In this document: positions 26,551 to 37,290 of the stretch, piece by piece | Numbering within the stretch: position 1 is the first letter of the stretch | Layout: each line of letters opens with the position of its first letter | Origin: Klebsormidium nitens | Lineage: Eukaryota > Plantae > Klebsormidiophyceae | Direction of reading: 5' to 3' | Length of the DNA stretch: 64,000 nucleotides | NCBI GenBank assembly: GCA_000708835.1 | Contig: DF237261.1 | Location: 41,865 to 105,864, forward strand | The notes under the pieces: generated by a model | Database searches by the model: none | What the model was told of the DNA's origin: nothing | What the model saw: the letters and a program-made list of their open reading frames with translations, nothing else | Program-made: the position numbers and the translations under genes

Positions 26551-26967
26551 GCAAGGTCACAATGGCGTCCCAATCATTCCAAGCAAGCGCAGTAGCCAGC
26601 AAGCAGCATTCTCTCCACTTCATCTTTGCACAACCCAGAAGCACCAGCTCGCTGTTCACCTTAGAAGACCGCGACAAGCTGTCTGATCTGCCACTTCATA
26701 CGGTGGCTCAGGGACTGCAGGCTGAGCTGGCCAGACGGTGCCAGAGGGCAGCTACGACATGGCCCAGCAATTGCGAGCAGCTGCAGAATGCAGGGCGTGC
26801 TTGCTATAGCTGCTGGCGTTTAGTTTCAGGCTGCCAATTGTCTAATTCAAGAGTAGTCAATGTCAAGCGGTCAGCAGCTTGCAGCTTGGGAGCACCTTCA
26901 TCACTCTGGCATAAGACAGCTGGCAGCAAAGTACCACTGAGTGACGCTGCAGAGTGGAGCTGCTGGC

Positions 26968-29900
26968 ATGGCGTCCGACCTGCGTTTCCACTGGGAGAGG
27001 TAAGCCATATTTTAAGGTGAGTGCACCAAGCAAGAGGCAAGGGAGGGCTGTTGCAGAGAGCAACTTCTGTCTGAGGGCTGGCAAGCAGGTCGGAGGCGGG
27101 CTCAGTCAAAAAGGAAGTCACTTTTCATTGGAGATCAGATGGCGACTTTTGACTGGGGTCGGCAAGCAGGTCGGAGAGCATTTTCAGTCAAAAAGGAGTC
27201 GCTTTCTTTTAGAGACCAGATGGCGACTTCTGACTGCTGGCTTTGAGATGGCTAGATTGTGTGAGGACTTGACAATCGCTGGGCTGCTTCGTGTAAACTA
27301 TTCCATGCGAAGCTGACTTGTACCTCAATATCTCTCCCTTTCAGTGGCTCGTCATCCCCTGAAGGATTAGGAAAGGGCATCGAAGGTGTTGAGTACACGC
27401 CTTGATCTGTTGATGGTTCAGACTCTGGACGCTTGCTGGCATGCTTCTTCAGCGATGGAGACTCTGCCAACATTCAAGGCCCGTCGTTCTACAAGGCAAT
27501 TAAGAATGAGGAGAGTTCAAGCCCGCTTCATCTGCCAAGAGGTCTTGCTGGTGTCCTGAGCAAGAAGAGGCCTGCTTCGGTAAGCTTGCTCTGTCTGGTT
27601 TTCTGCTCACCTGTGTCCGCCTCTTCTTCTTGGGAGGACTTTGAGATGTTGCTTGAAATGCCAGGCCTCTCGCACTTGAGTGATAGTTGGGTGACAGATC
27701 GCGCAGATTCATGAATCACTTTGAATGAGGTGCTTTGTAGCGGAGGACCTGCTTATAGAAACTCATTCCAGTTAATTAGCCAACCAACTGTGGCAATAAA
27801 GGCACCACTTGGAAGGAAGTCTAAGTGGTTCTTAAATCATGAGTTGCTCACTGCGACCCTGTATGTACAAGGTTATGTGCCTACCTCTCTATTCCCTTGG
27901 TCCTACGGGAGCAGTTTCAGAAAGCGGACGTGCTTAACGCCACCAGGCAACCCCGAGGTGAGAGAACAAGCTAGTACAGATTTTGGGTGACTTGTGATTG
28001 AGGGGTAAGGTACTTTGCAACTGATCCTTGAGCACAAAGAAATCGAGTAATAGCACCGCCCTGCCATTGGAAGCTCAGTGGGAACAAGCAAGTGAAGTCC
28101 GCTTCGGATGCTGATCGTATCTACTCAGCCCACATCGTGTTCGTGATCTGAATTTGTCCTCTTTGCGTTCTCAGGCGTCTCCGCATTGCGGCATCCCTGC
28201 TGGTCCTCAGAGCTTTGCGAGCAAGAGGGCTTCAGTCGAAACCTCAGTCGGCGAGCCTAACCTCGGTTCGCCAGTGCGGAAGCGAGGAGGGCTTGGATGG
28301 AAGCGTCCACGGGTCATCCTCTTGCAAGAGTTGGAGGAACAGCAGCAGCTGCCCCCGCGGCCCTCTCTTGAGGTGGGTCGTGAGCTTGGCACGGCCTCCC
28401 CCGTCTCCATTCTGCATGAAGTTTTCCTGTCTCGATTCTGCGCGTTCAGGACAGCTGTTTCCTGTGTCCGCCTTTTCGCGTGTGCAAGCTCATGAAGTGG
28501 AGTCTTGCAAGACGCCGTAGTAAACAACGCTGTTTTAGATCTCTTGCTCGGACCTTGTCGTCCGATTTGTGGGGAAGGCTAGCATTTAACGGTCACCCAT
28601 TTCTTCCTGGTGCAGGAGGAGAAGAGCCCACAAAGCGGTCTTGGATGCGATCAAGAGAAGGGGTGGGAAGATGATCGGCAGGCCCAGGTACAACGCCCGT
28701 AGTTCAAGAACGATTCTAGATCAGCGCGCAGACCAGTCGACTGAGTAGAAGTCACCATCTATGTAGCAATGATGTGGACATCAGCCTTTGTAGCCACTTG
28801 TGATACGGACCTTTTGCTGGTGCGTGTTCTGATGTAAAAGACCCATATACCGAGCATCTTACAACGATCTTTCAGTCCGGCCCCATCAATTTTGAATCCT
28901 CACTGCATCGCACTTCATTTGCATGAGGCCCCTTCCAAGCTCAGTGTGTGGTTTGAGTAGCTTCTGCTTCCGCTGCTCGTCGGACTCAGCCAGCCCCATT
29001 TGCTAAGAGCATTTTCTGCAACCTAGCATGAGGAGGAATGATGGATGCGTAAGAGGCCACAGCCGCCGTTTTGCTGAAGTAACCTGCGGCTGACCTTGCG
29101 ACCTTGTGACACCCAGACCATGCTCCCCTGTCGAGCTTCGGACATCGGCCAGTCGGTTGTTGACCTTGGAGACAGCCTCCCGCTGGCTGGGCGGTTCGAG
29201 GAAGGGCATGACGAAGCCGTCCCGCTCTCTTCCGCTCTGTACGCCTGTCCAAAACCCATGGCGTCCGAAGTTGCTTCGACAAGCGATGAGGAAGTCCTTT
29301 GTCAGGTGGGTTTGCTGGCAAAGTCATCAGAGCAGCAGTCAAAACTCTCCCTCTGATCTCTGATGATAAGCCACTCCTTTTTGACTGAACTTGCCTCCGA
29401 CCGGCTGCAGAGCCCCAGTCAGAAGTCCCTCTCTGATCTCTGATAATAAGCCACTCCTTTTTGACTGAACCTCGCCTCCGACCTGCTTGCGAAGTCAGCA
29501 GAGCTCCAGTAGAAGTCGCTCTCTTATCTCTGATAATAAGCCACTCCTTTTTGCCTGAATCCCGCCTCCGACCTGCTTGCGAAGTCATCAGAGCTCCAGT
29601 AGAAATCGCTCTCTTATCTCTGATGAAAAGCAACTCCTTTTTGACTGGGCCATCGTCCTTAGTAGCACCCTCTGATTGGTTGATATCAACCTGTCCACTT
29701 GTCACCGTTCACATACTCTCCAATCCCCAACTGCAGGTCGCCGCTGCCCCCGCCTACTCTGGGTGCGACACCCTTCGAGCGACTTCCTGCGTAGACGACT
29801 GTCGGACTGCCGATTTGCTGGTCGTAGAAGACGCGCTCATGGACGACGCAAGCAGTCAGCCGACCGAGTGCTTTGCAGCCCTCAAAGAAGAATGCGAGGC

Positions 29901-32900
29901 GCCAGCAAAAACCATCTTCGCCGCAATCATGAACCTGGCGGTAAGGCATCGTGCGCCCCGTGCATCCGCACTTGCATACCAGTTATGATAGAACTCCTTG
30001 CTCGCAATAAGGAACGTGCTTTCCCTCGAGAGGTTCATTTCATCGATGCCTCACCCTGGTCACCTTGACTTGGGATCTCAGATTCAAACGAAACTGGTCC
30101 ATGCTTGCTCAGGCTACTCCTGCAAAGAGGGTCAGTCTAGATGACAGAAGGTTGCTCCCCAAGAAATCGCACTCTGGCAGCATCTGTCGGATGGAGCAAT
30201 GACTTCTTAGAGGCTTTTGCTGAAGCAATCCGTTTGTGTTCAGGTGTCCCAGGGAGCTCCGTTCAATCTGGACGAGTGGGGCCAGCTGTGGTGCTTCAAG
30301 CTTGCCCCTGTTCTTGCCGCCTTCGAAAAGCACGCCGGACCGTGCCCCGGTGCCTTCATCGCTGCACGTGATGCTGGGGGGAATAAGGGGGCCAAGGGGT
30401 TCACCGTGTTCTTGAGCGCAATGGAGTTTGAGACGTATGTTGCGGGCGTCCAAGCGGCTGGCCTCACGCCGAGCCTGTACGAGGTCCTGCTCTCCTCTGA
30501 AGCATCCTGGCTCTACCTTGACCTCGACTACACGTCATCATCCGAGGTCCCAGGCGACTTTGACGAACGGTGCGAGCATCTGCACCGCCTTCTCGAGCAC
30601 TTTTGCACCCACGTCCTCAAGCTGCCCCCCGGCCAACTCGGCGCCCCTCAGATTGCCGCATCACCCGGAGTCGTTGGGGTTCAGGGGCACTTCAAGAGCA
30701 GCGTTCACGAAGTTTTCAAGGGGGTCTACTTCGAAAATTTGGAGGCGCGTGGAGAATTTCAGAAAGCCTTGCTTCACTTCCTCGACCACCCTTCTGCGAA
30801 CCTAGCGTTTAGCGCCGAGTTCGTGAGGTACACAAAGCCCGGCAGTGAGGTCATTGACAAGATCTGGGACGACTCAGTGTACAGCAGCAATCGGAACTGG
30901 CGCACTCTTGGTTCATGCAAGCTCCATGACCCACGGATCCTCTGCTCAGAGGAGGGCAGCTCAGAGCGCGCCTCAGACCACTTCATTGGCATCCGGGGCG
31001 GGTCCGAATTAAGCGGCGCGCTCCAGGTCGACGTCGATCTGCTGCGGGCTTACAACGCAGCGGCGGGGGTGGCTGGGAAGTCGGGGCTTAGACAGCGGCA
31101 AGTCCCTGCTCGTCGCAAGTGCCCCGACGATGATCTCGAACGGGATGAACCGATGCAGAGGGACCTTGGGCCGGAGGAGAGGGCACGTCTGCTGGAATGC
31201 GCTCAAGCAGACCACCCTGGGGCGACCCTGGGGGCGGAGAAGCAGACCCGCCCGGGCGTCTTCACCGTCAAGATCTGCGCCCCCCCCGGTAGTCGCACCT
31301 GCTGCCTTGCTGGACGCGAGCATGGTAGCGAGGGCAACAGGCAGTACTTGCTTTACCGGCGGGCGAACCCTGGAGAGGTGTTCTACCGCTGCTTCGCCCC
31401 ATCGTGCCAGTGAGTTCATTGGCAAATTTCTGCCTCATATCTGCTCTTGCGCAAGAAAGGCAGTCAGCGCCACTTCGATGTCTTTTAAGGAGAACTTGAT
31501 GATCCATTTTCATCAGAAGGCAGCGCCCTTTTCAGTCAAGATCGCTCCCCTCTTTCTATGATGAGACTTGGCCCGGATTGACTAGGTCTGTTCTCCCAGA
31601 AGCCGCCATGTCAGGGTGCAGTCAGAATTGCTCCCTTGTTTGAACAATGAGAGGCTGCCTTATTGACTGGATCTATTTCCCAAAAGCCGCCACGTCAGCG
31701 TTCCAATCAAAAACCGCTCCCTTGTTTCTATAATAAGAGTCGGGCCGGAGTGACTGACCCGCCCGCTCGAGGCCACCGCCACTTAGAGCCTAGCCTGAAA
31801 CGAACCCTTGAAACACAGGCCATGATCGAAGACTTTCCACTGCGACTAACGCAGGCTGATGTGCTTTGTGCAGGGGTCAGAAGAACGAACGGCTTCTCTC
31901 TCTGCGAGCGACCGACTTCGGTTGGAGCGAGGACTACTCCCTGTCAACGGGGATGCGGCCTTACCCCACAATGGAGATCCGCCCGGACCTCCTCCAAACA
32001 ATGCTAGTGAAGGCGAACAAAGGGATCGGAAAGTCGAAGGCCGGGACTACCTTTCTGGTGGACATGCTCCGGAAGAACCCCTCGGCCACCTGCGTCGTCA
32101 TTGCCAGCAACGTGGCGCTGGCTGACAAGCACCGCGAGGAGCTCCACCGGGCGGGCTTGACGGACTTCGTTCTCTACTCCGATGTGGAAGGCCCCATCAA
32201 GGACAGGAGGGTTGTCGTCTGCATCAACTCGGTGCCACGACTCTCTTCCCTCCGAAAGGACATCGTCTACATGGACGAGATCGACATGACCCTCAGCAAC
32301 CTGAACTCCGACGTCATGAAGGACCGTAGGATGGTCTTCATGGCCCTGCACGCGCTGGTTGAAGAAGCCCGTGTAGTGGTCGGGTTGGACGCCAACGTCG
32401 ATAGCGCACGCGTCCTCGAGTGGGTCCAGAGTATCCGCCCTGAGGCCGCCATGCACGCCATCCGCAACTCCGGAGTCCGCCCATCCAAGCGAACGGTGAC
32501 CATCCGACCGCTGCCTTTCGGGTTCAAGGGGGGCGACCGCTTCGCTCCCGTCATCGACTGGATTCTCGAGAAGGTGGACGCAGGGGAGAACGTTTGGGTG
32601 AGTTTGGAATGGAGCTGGCCGATCAGCTGTAAAGTGCTTCTTACAGACCTCAAACCGTGACGGATTCGCAAATTTTCGTCTCTGCGGGCCGTATCAGGGC
32701 TGAGCACCATCATGGGCAGTCTGCTTGTCATTGAAAAGGTCTTTTGCTTCGTCAAGCTCTTCTGAAGTACGAAGCAGACCTCGTGCCGCTCTTCCGGACT
32801 GCTAAGCCGTTGCCACGTTAGCAGCAAGGGGCCGATCGAAATCGCAAAGTTTAACGGAATAGATGCCCGCTCCTTTTCGCCCTTCAACAGCTGCATCCTT

Positions 32901-34887
32901 ATCGCGACGTCGCTTCTTTTCAGGTCGCATCGGCGAGCCGGTCCTTCATTGAACAGCTCGAGCAGGAGTTCCGGCTGAGATTCGCGGACACAGGCAAAAG
33001 CATTCTCACCTTCCACGGGGGGAAGACGGCATCGGGCGAGAAAGAGCAGCTTCGACAGGCGGTGGCCGACCCAGACAACCGCATGGTCGCCCACTGCCTC
33101 GGTTACTCTCCGACAGTCGGCCCAGGGGTCTCGATAGAGGTCAAACACTACCATCGGGGGGTAGGAATCGCCCTGAACCGGCCGAATGACGGCCCTGATG
33201 TCTTCACCTTCCAGCAGATGCTTCAAAGAGTGCGGGACGGGGGTGATATCGACATCTTCTACCTGGAAACCCCCCCGCCCAAGTTCGTGCCCACGACCAA
33301 AGAGGCCGTGTTCAGGACAATCGAACGGCAAGACGCCCAGCTACACGCGCTCGTGAAGCCATCGGAGGTTCTCGACTTCATGCAAGGGAGGGGCATGCAC
33401 GCTGTCTGCGACCGCACGTCCCCCACCTGCATCGTGTACGCCAACAACGTGCTGGCGCGCTATCGCAGCATGACCGACTACGTTGAGCTTCTGACGGAGG
33501 ACCTTGAGAAACAGGGCCTTTCAGTCGTGCACAGGTTGGGCGAAGTCGAAAGAGAAGAAGACGAGCATAGGCTGCCCGCGAGGCAGGGTCCCGATGCAAG
33601 CGAGAATCCTGACGCACGTCTCTCGGACGAGGAGTGGCGAAAGAAATTCTGCATCTCGCCAGAGCAGAACCGCGAGATTCTGAGCAAACGGGAAGCGCTT
33701 GAGGGTCTGAGCGACCTGGAGGAGAAGCAACGAGAGGTGTACTTCTATGCCAACGAGGTGTATGGTGTGGACTACAACCGTGTCAATCGTGCCTTCTTCG
33801 CGGACTTTTGCGACGAGGAGAAGAAGCACATGTACCTGAACTACAAGCGGTGAGTCATGCTAAATGCAAGCAATGAAGAAGTGGCATCCAAGTGCAATTC
33901 GCTCAGAGCAGCGGATGGAGAGGAGGCTGTGTTTCCTCTTGAGCTTCTGCTGACGTGGCAAGGCTCGGAAAGACTCTGATCCAGTCAATACTTGCCATCT
34001 CATTCATTAGAAGGGAAGTGAGAATTGACTGACCTTCCGCTCACATGGCAAGGGCTCGGAGCAAATCCGAGCTAGTCAAGATTCGCCCTCCCTTCAATAG
34101 AAAGGAAGTGGAGAATTGACTGACGTTCTGTTCTCTGAGCTAGTCAAGATTCGCCCTCCCTTCAATAGAAAGGAAGTGGAGAATTGACTAACGTTCTGCT
34201 CACGTGGCAAGGGCTCGGAGCAACTTTGGCCCCAGTCAAGAATCGCCCTCCCTTCGGATAAAAGGAAGTGGAGAATTGACTTTTCACTCACAGGCTTGGT
34301 AAGATTGAGTTCTATATCGGCCCCTTCCTTCAATGCCCTCTTCTCACAATTTGCCTCTCTTACCGGCCCTTACTTGCAGCTTTCTGCGGACGTCTTCGTT
34401 CGAGGAACTTCAGGGCCGCTTCGAGTCCTCCATGAGCTATGCGAATGATTGCCTCCCAACCAAGGACTACCTGGAAGAACGCAACCGGCCCAAGAACCTC
34501 GTCTTCTTTGCGTTCCGCCTTCTCGCTGCAATGCTCAACGTCGAGCACAACGCTCTTGATCGTTCTGCATCGGGAGCTTCTTATATGGTTGCCGAGAACA
34601 GCCTCCAAAACGCCTACTCCCTCCTCGTTGCCCCCCAATTGGCCGAGGCAAAGCGCTGGTACGGCATCAAGCAGAGCAAGGTCCAAAGGAACGAGAAGAA
34701 CGAACCAATCATGACGGATACGTTGAAGCGCAACGTCGTCAAAGGGATACTAAAGAAGGGCCTCGGGCTGAGCTTCGTGGATGTACCAGGCAAGAAGAGC
34801 AACAACGAGTTTGTGAGGCCCCACGAATTTAGCCCGGAGCTCTATAGAGAGGTCCATGCTACATATGGCAAAGTGCCTAAGTGCTAG
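26968..34887 (+). CDS. PrimPol-type AEP primase + Zn finger + UL9-like SF2 origin-binding helicase fusion, 9 exons: 26968-26999, 27345-27579, 28175-28372, 29117-29305, 29737-29940, 30244-31409, 31874-32597, 32924-33849, 34380-34887 (1394 codons; premature TGA at 27403; alternative in-frame ATG at 29120)
   Basis: All junctions are GT-AG and in phase. AEP motifs: LYLDLD, KSSVH, DDSVYSSNRNWR. Zn finger: C...H...CFAPSC. Helicase motifs: KANKGIGKS, YMDEID, GLDAN, YSPTVGPGVS and GPDVFTFQQMLQRVR, the last closely matching the herpes UL9 motif VI region. Confidence 0.85.
27103..27236. repeat. Palindromic repeat array R2 (2 units), intron 1 of the primase-helicase gene
   Basis: CAGTCAAAAAGG...CTTTTGACTG and CAGTCAAAAAGG...CTTCTGACTG, with linker gcaagcaggtcggag. 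Confidence 0.85.
29336..29647. repeat. Palindromic repeat array R3 (4 units, 80-90-bp period), intron 4
   Basis: cagtcagaagtc...ctgatctctgataataagccactcctttttgactg, with linker ctccgacctgcttgcgaagtcagcagagctc. Confidence 0.9.
31533..31756. repeat. Palindromic repeat array R4 (3 degenerate units), intron 6
   Basis: cagtca...ttgact units at about 31533, 31619 and 31704, with linker gccgccacgtcagc. Confidence 0.7.
33945..34285. repeat. Palindromic repeat array R5 (4 units, opposite orientation to R4/R6), intron 8
   Basis: agtcaagattcgccctcccttcaatagaaaggaagtggagaattgact is repeated, with linker ctgacgtggcaagg (reverse complement of the R6 linker). Confidence 0.85.
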
Positions 34888-34921
34888 ACTTGGACAGTCA
34901 GTCCAAAGAAGAGTAGTGACG

Positions 34922-35392
34922 TCAAAAAGTGTTGCTAGGCTTAGAGGGTCTTTTTAACGGAGTTCTTCGTAGCAAGCCTTTTCCCTCCACGAAACCTAGT
35001 TCAAGAGACCGATCAGTATTTATGCAAGCCTCTTCTAGAGACCCAATCTCCTCGATGTACCCCTTTTGTATGCAACCGTTCTCTTCGAGTAGTTTTCGAG
35101 CAACAGCGAGAACATGTTGCACCTCTTGATCACTATATCCAATCTCAATTTGAGAACACTTTGCACAGTTCAGGTAGCCTGCGAGGTAGCTCATTGAAGT
35201 CATCGATGTTGCTGGGTTCATGTTGCTCTCCAGAAACATGATGATCCCCTTCCGCAATGCTATTGGGTCTTTGCAACCAAGACCCTTCTGAATTAGGTGG
35301 TCTCCGCGCTCCTCATCTCTATCGATACACTCCAATTCATGAAGTAGATGTTGCATGTTGAATTGACGATTGGTCTCTCGGCTGTATTCCAT
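34922..35392 (-). CDS. Intronless hypothetical protein (156 aa)
   Basis: Open ATG-initiated ORF packed between the helicase stop and the MC1-like gene; no recognisable motif. Confidence 0.55.
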   Translation of the reverse strand: MEYSRETNRQFNMQHLLHELECIDRDEERGDHLIQKGLGCKDPIALRKGIIMFLESNMNPATSMTSMSYLAGYLNCAKCSQIEIGYSDQEVQHVLAVARKLLEENGCIQKGYIEEIGSLEEACINTDRSLELGFVEGKGLLRRTPLKRPSKPSNTF

Positions 35393-35492
35393 GGAGCAAA
35401 TATACTTGTCAACCGTGAGAATAATTCATTCGAGCCAGTAGGTAGTCAAGCTGCTGGAATGCATGCACTTAGAAGTTACTTAGAAGTTGAGA

Positions 35493-36035
35493 TCACTCGC
35501 TATCAGATTCTTCTTCAGACTCAGACTCACTAGCGTCAACATGCGGCTTCACTCGCTTTGCACCTTGCCTTGCTGCCTTCTTTGCGCCTACCGCAGGCTT
35601 CTTTGTGACCGGGGCCCGTTGAGTCTTGCGCCCTTTTGATCAAGATTGTCCTGCGAGCTTCGAATCTTTCGGCTGGACCTCGTCAACGGCCAACTTGGTT
35701 GCCGTAGATGTAAAGGTCCCCTTGAATGGCAGATCGTTAGGCTGCTCGCTCTTCTTGATAGGAGCGATGCGAACGGTATAACCATATTGCTTGCTTGCTG
35801 AGCCCCGAGTTGTTTCTTGAAGGAGGACGGTGACATTCAACGGTAGCTTTACCTTCTTGCCCTGACACTTTTGGGTTCTATACAGCTGGGAACCCGCTCT
35901 TGCCCCCGCCTGGCACACACGCCCTTTCGTGGCATTAATCTCAAGTCGTGTGTCTTTGAGCAGGGCAGAAACGTCACTTCCTTTGCTGTCGAACGCAGCG
36001 GCAACCCGAAAGCTTCGCTTACTAAGAGTGTCCAT
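35493..36035 (-). pseudogene. Candidate MC1-like (giant-virus type) DNA-architecture protein with Lys-rich and acidic tail; in-frame TGA at 35640-35642
   Basis: RSFRV...QAGARAGSQLYR...VLLQETTRGSASKQYGYTVRIAPI resembles the viral MC1-domain pattern. The frame continues past the stop as SKGRKTQRAPVTKKPAVGAKKAARQGAKRVKPHVDASESESEEESDSE*. Confidence 0.6.
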
Positions 36036-36214
36036 ACCTCACCCAATGCACTTCCCTTCTTACAAGATTTTTATCAGCCGGCCCGATGCACTTCTAATGC
36101 AAATGCACTGATGACTACGCACAGCAAATCCTACCATTCAATAGAGTCACGAATAGTGCATTCAGCCAACCAATCAGATTGTGACACGTGGCATTTACGT
36201 TAGCACTTATGAAG

Positions 36215-36238
36215 CTTAAAAAAGTCGACTTTTTTAAG
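36215..36238. other. Perfect 24-bp palindrome CTTAAAAAAGTCGACTTTTTTAAG in the divergent intergenic region before the recombinase pair
   Basis: Read directly from the sequence. Function unknown. Confidence 0.9.
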
Positions 36239-36393
36239 ACCAGTTCGGCTCCCGCATGCACTTTATGAGAGGTTACCATAGGGGGTGGTTTCTTGTGACA
36301 CCTTATTCTGACATGGCATGTTGAAATAACTCGTTCGCTTGGCTCGACATATAAAAAATAATCTCCGGCACTGTATTAGGAGCCCACATAAGT

Positions 36394-37227
36394 ATGGATC
36401 GAATTCGTGAAGCGCTTTCTGATGGTATCAGGGGCGAAAGTTCCGTCAACCAATACTGCAATGGGATTGGCCTCTTATGGAAGATATGCTTCGATGACGA
36501 TATGCCAGCCGACCTTTCCTGGCTAAAGACAAAGGCGCGCAAAATTACGGATGCTGTGCTCGAACGGTATGATAATCCAGGCAGTCGGCGAACTCGTCTG
36601 GCGCCTTTTCTTGCGGTTTGTCGTAAGTTAGGCTTCTCAGAAGCCTATTCGATCTACTACGAACCATTTAGGAAGCAAATCACGTCCCTGAAGGCGTTGC
36701 GGACTGAGCGGGGAAAAACTTCGACCGATGAAGATCCAGCTAATGTGAGGAGTGATGAAGTGGAGCGCTATGCAAAGAAAGTGTCACGGAGGGTTAGGAA
36801 AATGAGTCTCGATGGACACGAATTGACCTCAAAGGACTTGAAGATCGTGATGATACACGTTATCCTCGAATGGAACTTGCTCCTAGCTCGAGAGCATCTA
36901 CCACGTGTAAAACTATACGGTGAGAGTGCTCTTCCCATCTTGTCTAAGAGGCAACACCGAAAGGACAAGGAAGACAGAGCCGTTACTCTCGTGCAGACCT
37001 CTCGTTGCAAAGGACAGTACAAGCTCGTATATGACAACGGTGAAGAATACCAGCTTTCAAAGATGTTGTGCAAGTACATTCACAGAACACTAGAATTGGT
37101 TCCGAGGGGATTTCTGGTAACCACGATCAAGCACCCGGAGAGTCCGATGACGGCAAGTAATTATTCTATGTTTTGTAGCAAGATAGGCACGAATGGTAAG
37201 TTTTTAAATCTTGGGAGCTTAAATTAA
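36394..37227 (+). CDS. Tyrosine-recombinase-like paralog lacking the C-terminal catalytic H/R/Y region (277 aa)
   Basis: Same layout as the downstream YR: N-terminal core-binding-like region, DLKIVMIHVIL...LARE vs DKQLVMDHLIL...PLRNE, and LCKYIHRTLELVPRGFLV vs LVNVILRSFNLIPRQYLI. It stops before the LRH/GH/Y motifs. Confidence 0.6.
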   Translation: MDRIREALSDGIRGESSVNQYCNGIGLLWKICFDDDMPADLSWLKTKARKITDAVLERYDNPGSRRTRLAPFLAVCRKLGFSEAYSIYYEPFRKQITSLKALRTERGKTSTDEDPANVRSDEVERYAKKVSRRVRKMSLDGHELTSKDLKIVMIHVILEWNLLLAREHLPRVKLYGESALPILSKRQHRKDKEDRAVTLVQTSRCKGQYKLVYDNGEEYQLSKMLCKYIHRTLELVPRGFLVTTIKHPESPMTASNYSMFCSKIGTNGKFLNLGSLN

Positions 37228-37290
37228 AACGCGCTTTCAATTCGAGAAATAAAATTCTTAGGAGGTAGCAAGGGATCCAAAGCCTAGACC

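Larger units (their letters stand above)
26250..28325 (+). repeat. Duplicated block copy B (promoter and exons 1-3 of the primase-helicase gene)
   Basis: Colinear with 19955-21930, starting at the shared ggaccaaccccgttccga. Confidence 0.92.

Noticed and set aside
19955-28325. LTR retrotransposon (2-kb direct repeats as LTRs)
   Set aside because: The repeats contain spliced exons of the primase gene. There are no TG...CA ends, no PBS/PPT and no gag/pol between them.
29336-29647. CRISPR array or integron attC cassettes
   Set aside because: The linkers are conserved rather than unique spacers, there are no cas genes or cassette ORFs, and the arrays lie inside eukaryotic introns.
28986-29705. 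239-aa minus-strand ORF with repeated KKEWLIIRD
   Set aside because: It is an antisense translation of repeat array R3 and exon 4 of the plus-strand gene.
32267-33331. 354-aa minus-strand ORF
   Set aside because: It is the antisense shadow of GC-rich helicase exons and has no motifs. The same applies to 45966-46772 and 49247-49705.
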